Below are positions 39,170 to 49,000 of a DNA stretch of 55,601 bases, piece after piece; position 1 is the stretch's first letter; the number at the start of each line of letters is the position of its first letter. The notes below the pieces were generated by a model. It saw only the letters and a list, made by a program, of their open reading frames with translations. It was not told the origin of the DNA and did no database searches. The stretch is taken from positions 1 to 55,601 of IMG/VR virus record IMGVR_UViG_3300048591_000469; one strand, 5' to 3'. Both the position numbers and the translations under genes were made by a program. The DNA comes from a virus. Lineage: Duplodnaviria > Caudoviricetes.

Positions 39170-39794
39170 ACGCCCGCAACTGCTCGCCGCCAAAGCCGCC
39201 AAGTCCCTGATCGACGTCCTCGCCCGGTCGTGCCAACGCATCGAGGTCGCCGGGTCCCTGCGCCGCAAAGCGGTCATGGTCGGGGATATCGAATTGGTCG
39301 CCATCCCGACGCCGACCCTCAACCTACTCGACGAACCGACGAGAATCACCATGCTCGACCATGCCCTGACCGACCTGGCGGTCCCGTTCGACATCAACGG
39401 TCCCGCCCAGAAGCGCTTTTACTTCAACCCGGCGCACCTGGTCAACGGCGAAGGGCATCCCCTCCTCAGCGGCATGACCTTCGTCGTCGACCTATTCATC
39501 GTCACGCCCGAAACCTGGGGACCGCAATTCCTGATCCGCACCGGCAGCGCCGACTTCAGCCGCGCAATGGTGACGCCCCGGATGCACCGGGGTCTGTGTC
39601 CCGACTACCTACGCTTCAACAAGGGACGCATTATGCACGGCGACACGGCGCTCGACACCCCAGAGGAACGTGACGTCTTTGACATTTTCAACCTGCCCTA
39701 CATCCCGCCGACCGACCGGGACGCCGACCAAGCCGCGCATCTCTTTCGCACGACCTCGCCCAAGCCCTTAGTGCGGACCTTTGCGGCGACCTGA
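39159..39794 (+). CDS. Minimal family-X DNA polymerase/nucleotidyltransferase
   Basis: VAGSLRR, VGDIELV, VDLF, RTGS..F, EERDVF...LPYIPP..R; 211 aa. Confidence 0.85.
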   Translation: MKVKRPQLLAAKAAKSLIDVLARSCQRIEVAGSLRRKAVMVGDIELVAIPTPTLNLLDEPTRITMLDHALTDLAVPFDINGPAQKRFYFNPAHLVNGEGHPLLSGMTFVVDLFIVTPETWGPQFLIRTGSADFSRAMVTPRMHRGLCPDYLRFNKGRIMHGDTALDTPEERDVFDIFNLPYIPPTDRDADQAAHLFRTTSPKPLVRTFAAT

Positions 39795-39893
39795 CCGTCG
39801 CCGGTTGCCGCATGAGCAACGCCCCGCCCAAGCCCACAGAACGGCTCGAGCGGGGCGTTTTGCCCTCTACGCCTACAAACTATCACGCGGGCG

Positions 39894-40097
39894 CTACAAG
39901 CCCGCCATTTCGCCTTGCTTGCGGGCTTCGTCGACCAAGCGGCGGATCTGTTCGCTGGTCGTGCGCGCCCCGTCCCGGCGCAAGAATTCCAGGTCCGACT
40001 GGCGCAACGTCACCCGGACCTGAAAGGTCGGGTCGACGGCGTCCTCGGTCGGCAACGTTCCATCGAGGCGCGGGCGTCCGCGCGGCTTGCGGGTCAC
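39894..40097 (-). CDS. RHH DNA-binding protein with an RGRP hook
   Basis: PRGRPR then VRVTLRQSDLEFL...SEQIRRLVD; GTG start after AAGGAG. Confidence 0.7.
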   Translation of the reverse strand: MTRKPRGRPRLDGTLPTEDAVDPTFQVRVTLRQSDLEFLRRDGARTTSEQIRRLVDEARKQGEMAGL

Positions 40098-42355
40098 GAC
40101 GCTGCTCCTTCGGCGAGGCGCAAGCCCCAATGGTCGGCGACCCGAACGATGCCGTACAGGAACGCCCCTTCGGCGTCGGGACCCTGGACCGTGAACGTCT
40201 TATTGTTGGACGTGATGACCAGTTCCGTCTCCTCGGCGAGGACGATAGCTGTGATCGTGCAACTAATGCCCGCCGTCAACGGCAGCGGCTTCGTTTCGTG
40301 GCTGATGACCAAAATCACCGCCGCCCGCCCATTCGTTTCGAAGCCCCGGATGGCGAGACATTCATGCCCGGGTAGAATCTCGAACCTCACCGCCGCCGCC
40401 AGCAGCGGTTTCACCTGGGCGCACGCGCGCTCACTCCGGGCGCGCTTGTCGGCTTCGGCTTGGCGTTCCCGTTCCCGCTCTGCCTCGACCGCCGCCCGAT
40501 GGTCGGCGATTCGCTGTTCCACCGTCTCGCCGTCGGGGAACGCCGCAATGAGGCTCCGGCTAAATTGGCCGCGCGCCCGAAAGGTCTTGTGGGGTTCGCT
40601 GTAGTTAGGCCCGAACGTTTCGAGGTCGATTTGCACAATGCCATTCCTCCAGACCTTGCTGATCTGGGCGGGTTGCCACGCGACTCCATCCGGCGTCCCG
40701 AAGGGACGTGCGCCCCATCGGTAAAGGACCCATTCGCCCGTCTTGGCTTGGGTCAGGTCCCGGCAGGGGATTCGTTCGGGTTGCGGTTGATCGTTCACGA
40801 CGCTGCTCCTTTTGGGTTGCAATGCGAAGGGGCGACCAGGTCGGTCGCCCCGGGACGTTACGGGAAGCCTAGAACGGAATTTCTTCGGGCGGGTAAACCC
40901 GCTCGACTTCGGCGTCGACCTCGCGGGCGATGGCGTCCAGCGAGGCGAGCAAGCGCCGCACCTTGTCGCGGGCGACGGACAGGTAAATGCTCCGGTCCAT
41001 CCAGCCTTCGCTCTGCGCCAGGCCGGCCAGGTCGGCGGTCACGTTCGCCGACTGGCGAAGCCATTCCAGGGTCATGACCGGGAACGTCTCTTCGATGGGC
41101 GGTCCGACTTCCTGCGCCGGGTCGTAAACCTGGAATTCCTCGTAGCTCATGGCGTAGTTAGGCATCGATCTTCTCCGTCGTGGGTTGGGGTTCGAGTGCG
41201 TGCAAAATGGCGGCTGCGTCACCGAGGGCGACACCGAAGAGCGCCGCCGCGTCCTTGTTGAATTGCAGCCCTCGCCAGCTAATGGTATCGGGCGTCCGCA
41301 CGGCGACCCACAGATGCAGGTCGACGTCGCCCTCGACGCTGACCCGGGTCCTGTTCTCGTGGGCGTACAATTCGATAGTAATGAACGGGTTCTGGTTCCC
41401 GTATCGCCACGACCGAAAGACCGAACGGTCAAACTTGACGACCGGCTTCACCTCCCGGAAGGCGAAGATCTCCTCGACGACCGCCAGAACCTCAGCCTGG
41501 GCAGCGTCCATTTTTGCCGCTTGCTCGGCGTTTCGTGCAATCGTGCGGTCGATGTCCCGGGCGACTCCGTCGAGGGTGAAGCCCGTCGCGCCGTTGTCTG
41601 CCTCCCAACTATTCCCGCCGTTGCGGTAACTTCGGCGAATCGTGCAGCCGTTGTACGTATACTCGCCCGCCGCCGCTCGTTTCATGCCTGTCGGTAAACT
41701 TGCCACTTTGAAGCCCCTTTCGCTCTTGGCTGGTCACATCCCGGACTTTTACCGGGCGAGGGGCAAGCCCCTCACGGATACCGTTTAATTTCGCTGTTGA
41801 AGTAAGCCGCAAACCGGATGGCGTCGTGCAACGCCTTTGTATGCGCCTCGAGCTTGCTCAGGTCGGGCAACAGGTCCCGGGGTTCGCCCTCGCTGATGCC
41901 GCCCATGTTGATGAAATGCTCGGCGAAAGCTCGGCGGGCGAAGCAGCGAACGGCGACGTAATTCTTTGGGTCGGGCTGGCCGAACCCGAAGTCGACCCGC
42001 ACGCAATGCGGACCGCCCGCGCTGTCGGTTTCGGTCGAAACCGTGAACCCGCCCTCGGGAACAATTCTCGCCAAGACCTCGCGCACGAGCGTCTCCTGTT
42101 TGCAGCTAACGGTGACTTCACGGACCTGGGTATGTTGCTTGCGGGTCATGGTGCGGGTTCCTTTGTGGGTTAGAGGTTGGTCGGGATTTGGGTGACGGTG
42201 ACGGTTGCACGGGTCGCCGTGCCATTTGCCTTGTACAAAGTGACCTGGGCGTCGCAGGACCCGTCCGGGTTGGCTTCTTGCGCCCAAGCGTCGATCTGGG
42301 CGTCGCCGTCGTCAACCTTCGTCATCAGGGCTTTGTACGTCATCTTGCGGGTCAT
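40094..42355 (-). CDS. Second leftward operon of hypothetical genes (40094-40798, 40869-41165, 41158-41706, 41772-42149, 42170-42355)
   Basis: Packed ORFs with SDs and repeated translation-initiation regions. Confidence 0.6.
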
Positions 42356-42397
42356 GGTGCGGGTCCTTTCGGGTTCGGGTTCGGTTTCGTCCTACGT

Positions 42398-42479
42398 GTA
42401 TATAATAGCACATACAAATATGTACAGTCAAATGCGAGTATGTGCAAGCGTATACACAACGGCGGCGGCGCGCTATAAT
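42398..42479. promoter_or_regulatory. Divergent promoter pair
   Basis: - strand TTGACT-18 nt-TATTAT; + strand TATACA-17 nt-TATAAT(42474); inverted GCACATAC/GTATGTGC boxes. Confidence 0.65.
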
Positions 42480-42535
42480 GGAGGGCAAGCCAGATTGGCG
42501 GGGTTAGTGGAGGATTTTGGACAAGGAAGGTACAC

Positions 42536-43900
42536 ATGGCGGAAGCGCCGCAGAACCCGTTCGTCAACCGCATCGTCGGCTACGGGGTCAAACGGGCATC
42601 GGAGTTCATTAAGAACCCGCTGAATCACCGACGACATCCCCAGGTGCAACGGGACGCCATGCGGGCGTCGCTCGGGACCCTGGGCTGGATTGCCGCCGTC
42701 ATCGAGAACCAGCGCACCGGGCGCTTGATCGACGGTCACGAACGCATCGACCAAGCCCTCGACGGCGACCAGGAGGTTCCCTACCTGATCGTCGACCTGG
42801 ACGAGGACGAGGAGATGCTCGCCCTGGCGACGTTCGACTACATCACCTACCTGGCGCAAACCGACAAGGACGCCTACGCCGCCCTGATGGCCCGGGTCAC
42901 GACGACCGACGCCACTCTGCGCGACGTCCTCGACCGACAGGCGAAGTCGGTCGGGCTATTGCTCGACAAGCCCGACACCGACAAGGACGCCGACGCCAAG
43001 ATGGACGCCGCCGCCGAGTTGCGGGAGATCTGGCAGGTTGCGCCCGGGCAATTGTGGCATCTGGGACCGCACCGTCTCCTCTGTGGCGATGCGGGCATCC
43101 GCACCGACATGGAACGCCTGATGGGTGACGACCGCTTCGCCTGTGTCTGGACTGACCCGCCTTACGGCGTGAATTACGTCGGCAAGACGAAGGACGCCCT
43201 CACCATCCAAAACGACGCCTTCGAGAACCTCGACGCGCTCGGGGCGTTCCTTTTTCAAACATTCAAGCTGGCAGCATCCTTCGCCGTCCCGTCAGCGCCG
43301 TTCTACATGACCGCCCCGCCGGGACCGAACCTGTTCGCCTTCGGGGACGCCCTACGCCAAGCCCAATGGCGGGTCCAACAAATCCTGACCTGGGTCAAAG
43401 ACTCGATGGTCCTGGGGCATTCGGACTACCACTACCGACACGAAGCGATCCTTTACGGTTATCTGCCCGGTCCCAACTTCCCGGGACGCGGGCGCAGCCC
43501 CTCGTTCTGGTACGGCGACAACGCCCAAACCTCGATCTTCGAGGTCGACCGCCCCAAAGCCTCCGAACATCACCCCACGATGAAGCCCGTCGACCTGGTG
43601 ACGGCGATGCTTCGCAACAGCACCCGCCCCGGCGACATCGTCTTTGAACCGTTCTCGGGGTCCGGCACGACCCTGCTGGCTTGCGAACAGTTGAACCGCC
43701 AATGTCGGGCGATGGAGGTCGATGCCCGCTTCGTCGCCGTCGCCCTGCAACGCTACGCCGATGCGACCGGCGACCGCCCGGTCCTGGCGCAGCATTTTCA
43801 ACCATCGCCCGCCGCCGCCCCTCGCCCTGACACGGACCTTTCCGGCGACCTGCGGGTCCCGATGGGCGTCCTCGTTCCCGGACCCGAAAGGCTACACTAA
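42536..43900 (+). CDS. ParB-like N-domain fused to an N6/N4 DNA methyltransferase
   Basis: NPLNHRRH and LIDGHER; TDPPY, HPTMKP, FSGSGTT. Confidence 0.92.
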   Translation: MAEAPQNPFVNRIVGYGVKRASEFIKNPLNHRRHPQVQRDAMRASLGTLGWIAAVIENQRTGRLIDGHERIDQALDGDQEVPYLIVDLDEDEEMLALATFDYITYLAQTDKDAYAALMARVTTTDATLRDVLDRQAKSVGLLLDKPDTDKDADAKMDAAAELREIWQVAPGQLWHLGPHRLLCGDAGIRTDMERLMGDDRFACVWTDPPYGVNYVGKTKDALTIQNDAFENLDALGAFLFQTFKLAASFAVPSAPFYMTAPPGPNLFAFGDALRQAQWRVQQILTWVKDSMVLGHSDYHYRHEAILYGYLPGPNFPGRGRSPSFWYGDNAQTSIFEVDRPKASEHHPTMKPVDLVTAMLRNSTRPGDIVFEPFSGSGTTLLACEQLNRQCRAMEVDARFVAVALQRYADATGDRPVLAQHFQPSPAAAPRPDTDLSGDLRVPMGVLVPGPERLH

Positions 43901-44286
43901 TGGGACGGAAAGCGATCCTCGACGTCAACCCGGAAATCACCAAGCGACTCTGCGAGATTCTGTCCCTGGGTAACTACATCGAAGCCGCGTGCGCCTACGT
44001 CGGCATCTCGGAAACGTCCTACTATGCCTGGGTGCAACGGGGCGAGAAGGACCTCAAGGCGGGCAAGGAGTCGAGTTTTACGGAGTTCGTGAAGGCAACT
44101 AAAAAAGCACGCGCCGAAGCCGAGGTCGTCTCGGTCGCCCGCATTCGTGACGCCGCCTCCAGTGGCGAATGGCAAGCCGACGCCTGGTTTCTGGAACGTT
44201 CCTTCCCCGACCGATGGGGTCGCCGCCGCCAGGACCTGCACGTCGACAGCAACCAGCCCGCCGTGATTATCAACATCGATATATGA
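43900..44286 (+). CDS. terS: Terminase small subunit
   Basis: HTH (AACAYVGISETSYYAW), WQADAWFLER..P..WGR; directly upstream of the large subunit. Confidence 0.8.
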   Translation: MGRKAILDVNPEITKRLCEILSLGNYIEAACAYVGISETSYYAWVQRGEKDLKAGKESSFTEFVKATKKARAEAEVVSVARIRDAASSGEWQADAWFLERSFPDRWGRRRQDLHVDSNQPAVIINIDI

Positions 44287-45737
44287 GTCGACGCCGCAAG
44301 GCGGACGCCCCGGGAACCGTCACATACGACTTCTCGAAGCTCTGCGGTTTCACCGCCAAGCAGTTGACGGCGACCCAGGTCGCCGACCGCCATCGCTATA
44401 CCCTGTTCGGCGGGTCCCGAGGACCGGGCAAATCCTACTGGCTTCGCTGGTATATGTTGCGGTTGCTCTTCATCTATTTTCAACACAGGAAGCGCGAGAA
44501 CGTGCGCGTTATGTTGGGGTGCGAGGACTACCCGACTCTCTACGAGCGGCAGATCGTGAAGATCATCGCCGAGTTTCCGAGCGACGTCGGGACCTATTGG
44601 CCTTCCAAGACCGAGTTTCGCCTTGCGCCCCGCTTCGGCAGCGGGGTCCTGGCGCTACGTAACCTGTTGGAACCCGACCGTTACCAATCCGCCGAGTTCG
44701 CCGCCATCGGCATCGACGAGTTGACCAAGAACCCGGAAACGACCTTCAACACCCTGCGCGGGTCGTTGCGTTGGGCGGGCATCCCGGACACCCGCTTCGT
44801 CGCCGCAACCAATCCCGAGGCGAATTGGGTCCGACGTTACTGGATCGAGCGGGACTTTCCCGAGGCACTACGCCCGGACGCCGACCAGTTCGCCTTTGTC
44901 CCGGCGCTCCCGGACGATAACCCGCATCTGGACCCGTCCTATTGGCGCATGCTCGAAACGTTGCCCTCCGAGGCGATGCGCCAAGCATGGCGCTACGGGG
45001 ACTGGTACGCCGCCGCCGAAGGGCGGGTCTATGGCGAGTTCAACGCCGCCAACCTGACCGAGGATGAACCCGACCCGGACCTGCCCATCGAGGTCGCCAT
45101 CGATGACGGCTATTTCCCGGACCCACGCGCAACGCTCTTCATCCAAAAGCGGGCGGACGGGTCGGTCCTGGTCTTTGCCGAGCTATACGAGCGCCAGGTC
45201 CTGGAGGAGTCGACCATTGAACACATCAAGGACTACGTCGAAGCGTTGAACGCAACGCTTTATCAAACCTCCCTGATCGACCTGGTCGACGCCGTCGTCA
45301 AGCCCGAAGGCGAAAGCGTCCTGGACGTTCTGGACGTTGCGCCCGGGTTCTACCGGATGCCGCAGATGGCGATTGTGTCCCACGAGGCGATTCAATTGCG
45401 GCATCGGTTGACCGCCGCCGGGATTCCCGCCCGCAACTGGATGGGCGTCAAGCGTCCCGCCGGGACGAGCAGCATGCGCCTCGCCGCCATCAACTTGACC
45501 CGGCGCATGATCTGCGACGGAAAGGGCGTCCGCCGCATCTTCGTTCACACCCGCTGTCGCAACCTGCGCGACGAAATCACGGCGGGCTACAAATATCCGG
45601 ACGGCGAGAATTCGCCCTCGGCGATGCCTGCCGACGGCAATGATCACGCCTGCAACGCCCTGGAGTCGTGGGTCTGGTATCGGTTGGGAGGGGCAGCCAT
45701 GTCGGCGGAAAGCATGGTCGACTTCCCGGAAACATAG
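44283..45737 (+). CDS. terL: Terminase large subunit
   Basis: GGSRGPGKS, IGIDE, ATNP, DNPHL, IDDGY..P, NDHACNA. Confidence 0.92.
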   Translation: MSRRRKADAPGTVTYDFSKLCGFTAKQLTATQVADRHRYTLFGGSRGPGKSYWLRWYMLRLLFIYFQHRKRENVRVMLGCEDYPTLYERQIVKIIAEFPSDVGTYWPSKTEFRLAPRFGSGVLALRNLLEPDRYQSAEFAAIGIDELTKNPETTFNTLRGSLRWAGIPDTRFVAATNPEANWVRRYWIERDFPEALRPDADQFAFVPALPDDNPHLDPSYWRMLETLPSEAMRQAWRYGDWYAAAEGRVYGEFNAANLTEDEPDPDLPIEVAIDDGYFPDPRATLFIQKRADGSVLVFAELYERQVLEESTIEHIKDYVEALNATLYQTSLIDLVDAVVKPEGESVLDVLDVAPGFYRMPQMAIVSHEAIQLRHRLTAAGIPARNWMGVKRPAGTSSMRLAAINLTRRMICDGKGVRRIFVHTRCRNLRDEITAGYKYPDGENSPSAMPADGNDHACNALESWVWYRLGGAAMSAESMVDFPET

Positions 45738-45751
45738 GAGGGACTTTTTCA

Positions 45752-45958
45752 ATGTCTGCCCAGGAGTTGGTCACGTTCATCGCCCTGATCGACCCGGAAA
45801 CCCATCACAAGATCGGGCGCTATTGCCCGTCGACGGGCGACCTGGTCATTTTTAAGCGCCAGCGGGACGCCCGGTTCAACCTACACCGGCTCACCGCCGC
45901 CGTTAAAATTGACACGACCCCTTGCGACTCGCAAGGGGCTATGCTAGAATCCGAGTAA
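45752..45958 (+). CDS. Small hypothetical protein between terL and portal
   Basis: AGGAGG SD; 68 aa. Confidence 0.6.
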   Translation: MSAQELVTFIALIDPETHHKIGRYCPSTGDLVIFKRQRDARFNLHRLTAAVKIDTTPCDSQGAMLESE

Positions 45959-46025
45959 ACATCATCTTGTGGCGCAAACCGGCGCACCCTTTTTCCTGGG
46001 TGCGCCTTTTTTTTGTTCGTGGGGA
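45922..46025 (+). promoter_or_regulatory. Late promoter plus leader terminator (copy 1)
   Basis: TTGCGA-17 nt-TAGAAT with TGn; GGCGCACCC/GGGTGCGCC stem followed by T8. Confidence 0.75.
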
Positions 46026-46031
46026 TGACCG

Positions 46032-49000
46032 ATGACCCTAATTGACCGCATCGCCGCGATGCTTGGCTACACCAAAGCGCAGCGTAAGCCCCTGCCGCCG
46101 ACCTGGATGTCGCAGACCGCCGACTACCTGGACACCGAACCGCCCGCCGACCTGGAAGTTCACTATGACCTGTACGAAAAGCTCTCCTGGCTGCAGGTCG
46201 CCATTGGACGGGTCGCCGACACGGCGGCTTCGGCCAAGTTCGAGGTTTTCAAACATAGCAAGGAGAAGGAGTCGGCCATTCAAGCCCACGACTTCGAGAA
46301 ATTGCTTCAGAACCCGAACCCCGACACCGACCGTCACCAACTAATGCATGGGACGTTTCTCTACCTCAGCCTCGGGGCAGCGGCTTGGTGGCTCAACCGC
46401 AGCGGTCCCGACGTCCCGCCCGATGAGATTTGGCTCATCCCGCCGCACCAACTGCGCGCCGTTCCCGACGAACGCATGTCGGTCCGGGGCTACCTCTACA
46501 ACCCCGGCGACGGGCGGGAGATTCCCCTGGAACCCTGGGAGGTTGTCCACTTCCGCAAGTTCAACCCCAAATCCCGCTACATCGGCCTCCCAACCGCCCG
46601 CGCCGTCGACCAGATTTCCCAGGGCGACATTGCGATGCAACGGTGGAACCGGAACCTGTTCGCCAAAGACAACGCCAAGTTACCCGGCGCATTGGCGTTC
46701 TCGGACCCCATCGATGACGTCACCTGGCGAACCATCAAGCAGGACATCAACGATCAGCACGGCGGGACCAAGCGCAGCCTCATGATGCTTCGCAACGTCG
46801 GGCAGGGCGGCGTCCAGTGGCTCAACATGGCGCTTTCCCAGACCGAAATGCAATTCCTCGAAAGTCGGGTCGCCAACAAGGAGGAGATCTTCGCCTTGTT
46901 CGCCCCGGGCTTGGCGTCGGTCCTGGCGGTCAACGCAACCGAAGCGAACGCCGTCGCCGGGAAGCGCACCTTCATCGAGTTCGGAGTTTGGCCCACCATG
47001 ACGGCGGTCGCCGAACGCATCACCTCGCAAATCCTGCCCTCCTACGGTGACGACCTGGTCGGGCGCTTCGAAGATATCCGGGTCACGGACCGGGCGCTCA
47101 AGCTCCAGGAGATGAACGCCTACGCGATGGTTCACACCGTCGACGAGGTCCGCAAGGAGTTTTATCAAGCCAAGCCCATCGGCGACTACCGGGGCGACTT
47201 GCTGCTGGCCGAAATCCCGCAGGGCATCACGCCCGACCCCGATGCCGAGGAACCCGCGCCGCCGCCGCAAAGTCCCGCACAAAGCCCCTTCGACGAACAA
47301 GCGCCCGAGGACCCGTCAAGCCCACAGGAACCGCAGGACACGGCGATTGGACCCGATGCCGTCGGTCAGGACCTCGACAACCCCGACGCCCCGCCAGAGG
47401 ACCCGCAAATCGAAGCCAAGAGCGCCGAATTGCGCCGTTACCGGCGATGGGTCGCCAAGCGCATTTGGAAGGCATCGTTCGACCCTGACGCCTTCGAATC
47501 GCCGTTCCTCACGACCGCCGACCGCCAAGCCGTCTTGGCCGAGGCGGGTTGGCACACCTGGCCCGATCACGAATTCTTCGACGCCACGAAGGGCGGACCC
47601 GGCAGCGGCAATTGGGGACACGACGGGCGCAGAGGGCAACGGGGCGGCTCACGCCCGGGCGGCGGGCTGCACCTGCAGCGGCTGGACCCGGCGTCAACCG
47701 TTGACGAGCGTAAGCAAGCCTTCGGCGTCTATCGCCAGTTCGTCCCGACATTGTCATCCCCTGAGCGCGCCGCACGCGAAGCGCACGTCAACCGCATCGT
47801 CGCCAATTCCGGCACGGTCGGCACACAGGGGCAAATGCGCCCCTTCGTGGGCGAAGCGCAGACCGAGATGGCGAAGGCGCTCATGATGCACGACAGCCGC
47901 GTCCTGGAGCAGGTCAAACAGATCCGCGTCGCCCACAACGCCGCCGCATGGCAAGCCGAAGCGGTCGCCGCCGGAATGAAGCCCGCCAGTGCGCCGAACG
48001 TCCTGGGTTTCACCTACGCCATGAAGGGTCAAGCGGGCTACGGAACCATCTGGCTCCAGTCCTACGGCAACAGCCAGCGGGAACGCATGACCCTCCACCA
48101 CGAAATCGGACATACGGTCTACGGGGCGACGACGCAGCAGGGTCGCCAAGACTGGATCGACTTCTACAATGCGGGCGGCAACCATCACACTGCCTATTCG
48201 GGGACCAACCGGGCGGAGGGTTTCTCCGAATCCTACGCGGGCTGGTTGTGGGCGAAGGGAACGCAAGCGCCCGACGCCGTCACCCGGTCGAACCTGAGCG
48301 CCGTCCCGTCCCTCGCCGCTTACCGAGACACGTTTAATTCGGTCGCCAATGTCATCGCCGCCATCCCGGCGTCAACGCCCACCAAAGCCGCCCGCATCAC
48401 TCGTGCGGACCTTTTCGGCGACGTGAAGGCGCTCACCCGCACCAACCTCCTCGCCGCCCACGAGTCGACGATCAACGTCGATTGGCCCAAGTTGAGCGCC
48501 GCCGCCCAATCCCAATGGCAGGTACGCCACGAAAAGAGCGACCTTCCGGGCGTCCCGGGCGACGCCCGAGTCTGGTTCGCCGACGTGGTCGTCGCCCACG
48601 ATGCCGCTTGGCAGGGTGACGGCAACGGCAAGAGTCTATTCATCGAGGCGCTTGCGCCCTGGGTCGCCGCCCTCGAAACCGCACAGACGGCGCTTCGGGG
48701 CAAGGGTCCGCTCAAGGCAGGATTTTCAAACCCTCTCCGGGTCGCCTCGGCTCGTTGGGAGTCGCTTCCGCCCGACCGCCGTCGCCAGTGGGTTGACGGC
48801 TACGATGATCTGGATTGGGTCGGCAAACCGCCCCATCCCGTCGAGGGGTTCGCCGATGCCGTCGTTGCCCACCGGGCGCTCGACGGGGCGTCACCCGACG
48901 AGATGATGGACCTCGAGGGGTTCCAGCCCTACCGGGACCTATTCGGTCGCTTAGGGACGGTCCTGGACCCTAAGCCGGGGCAGTCCGCCGCCCCGACCAA

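Noticed and set aside
44283-45737. Intein or intron in terminase, helicases or portal
   Set aside because: No C/S...HN splice motifs or homing-endonuclease motifs; the long portal is explained by C-terminal domains.
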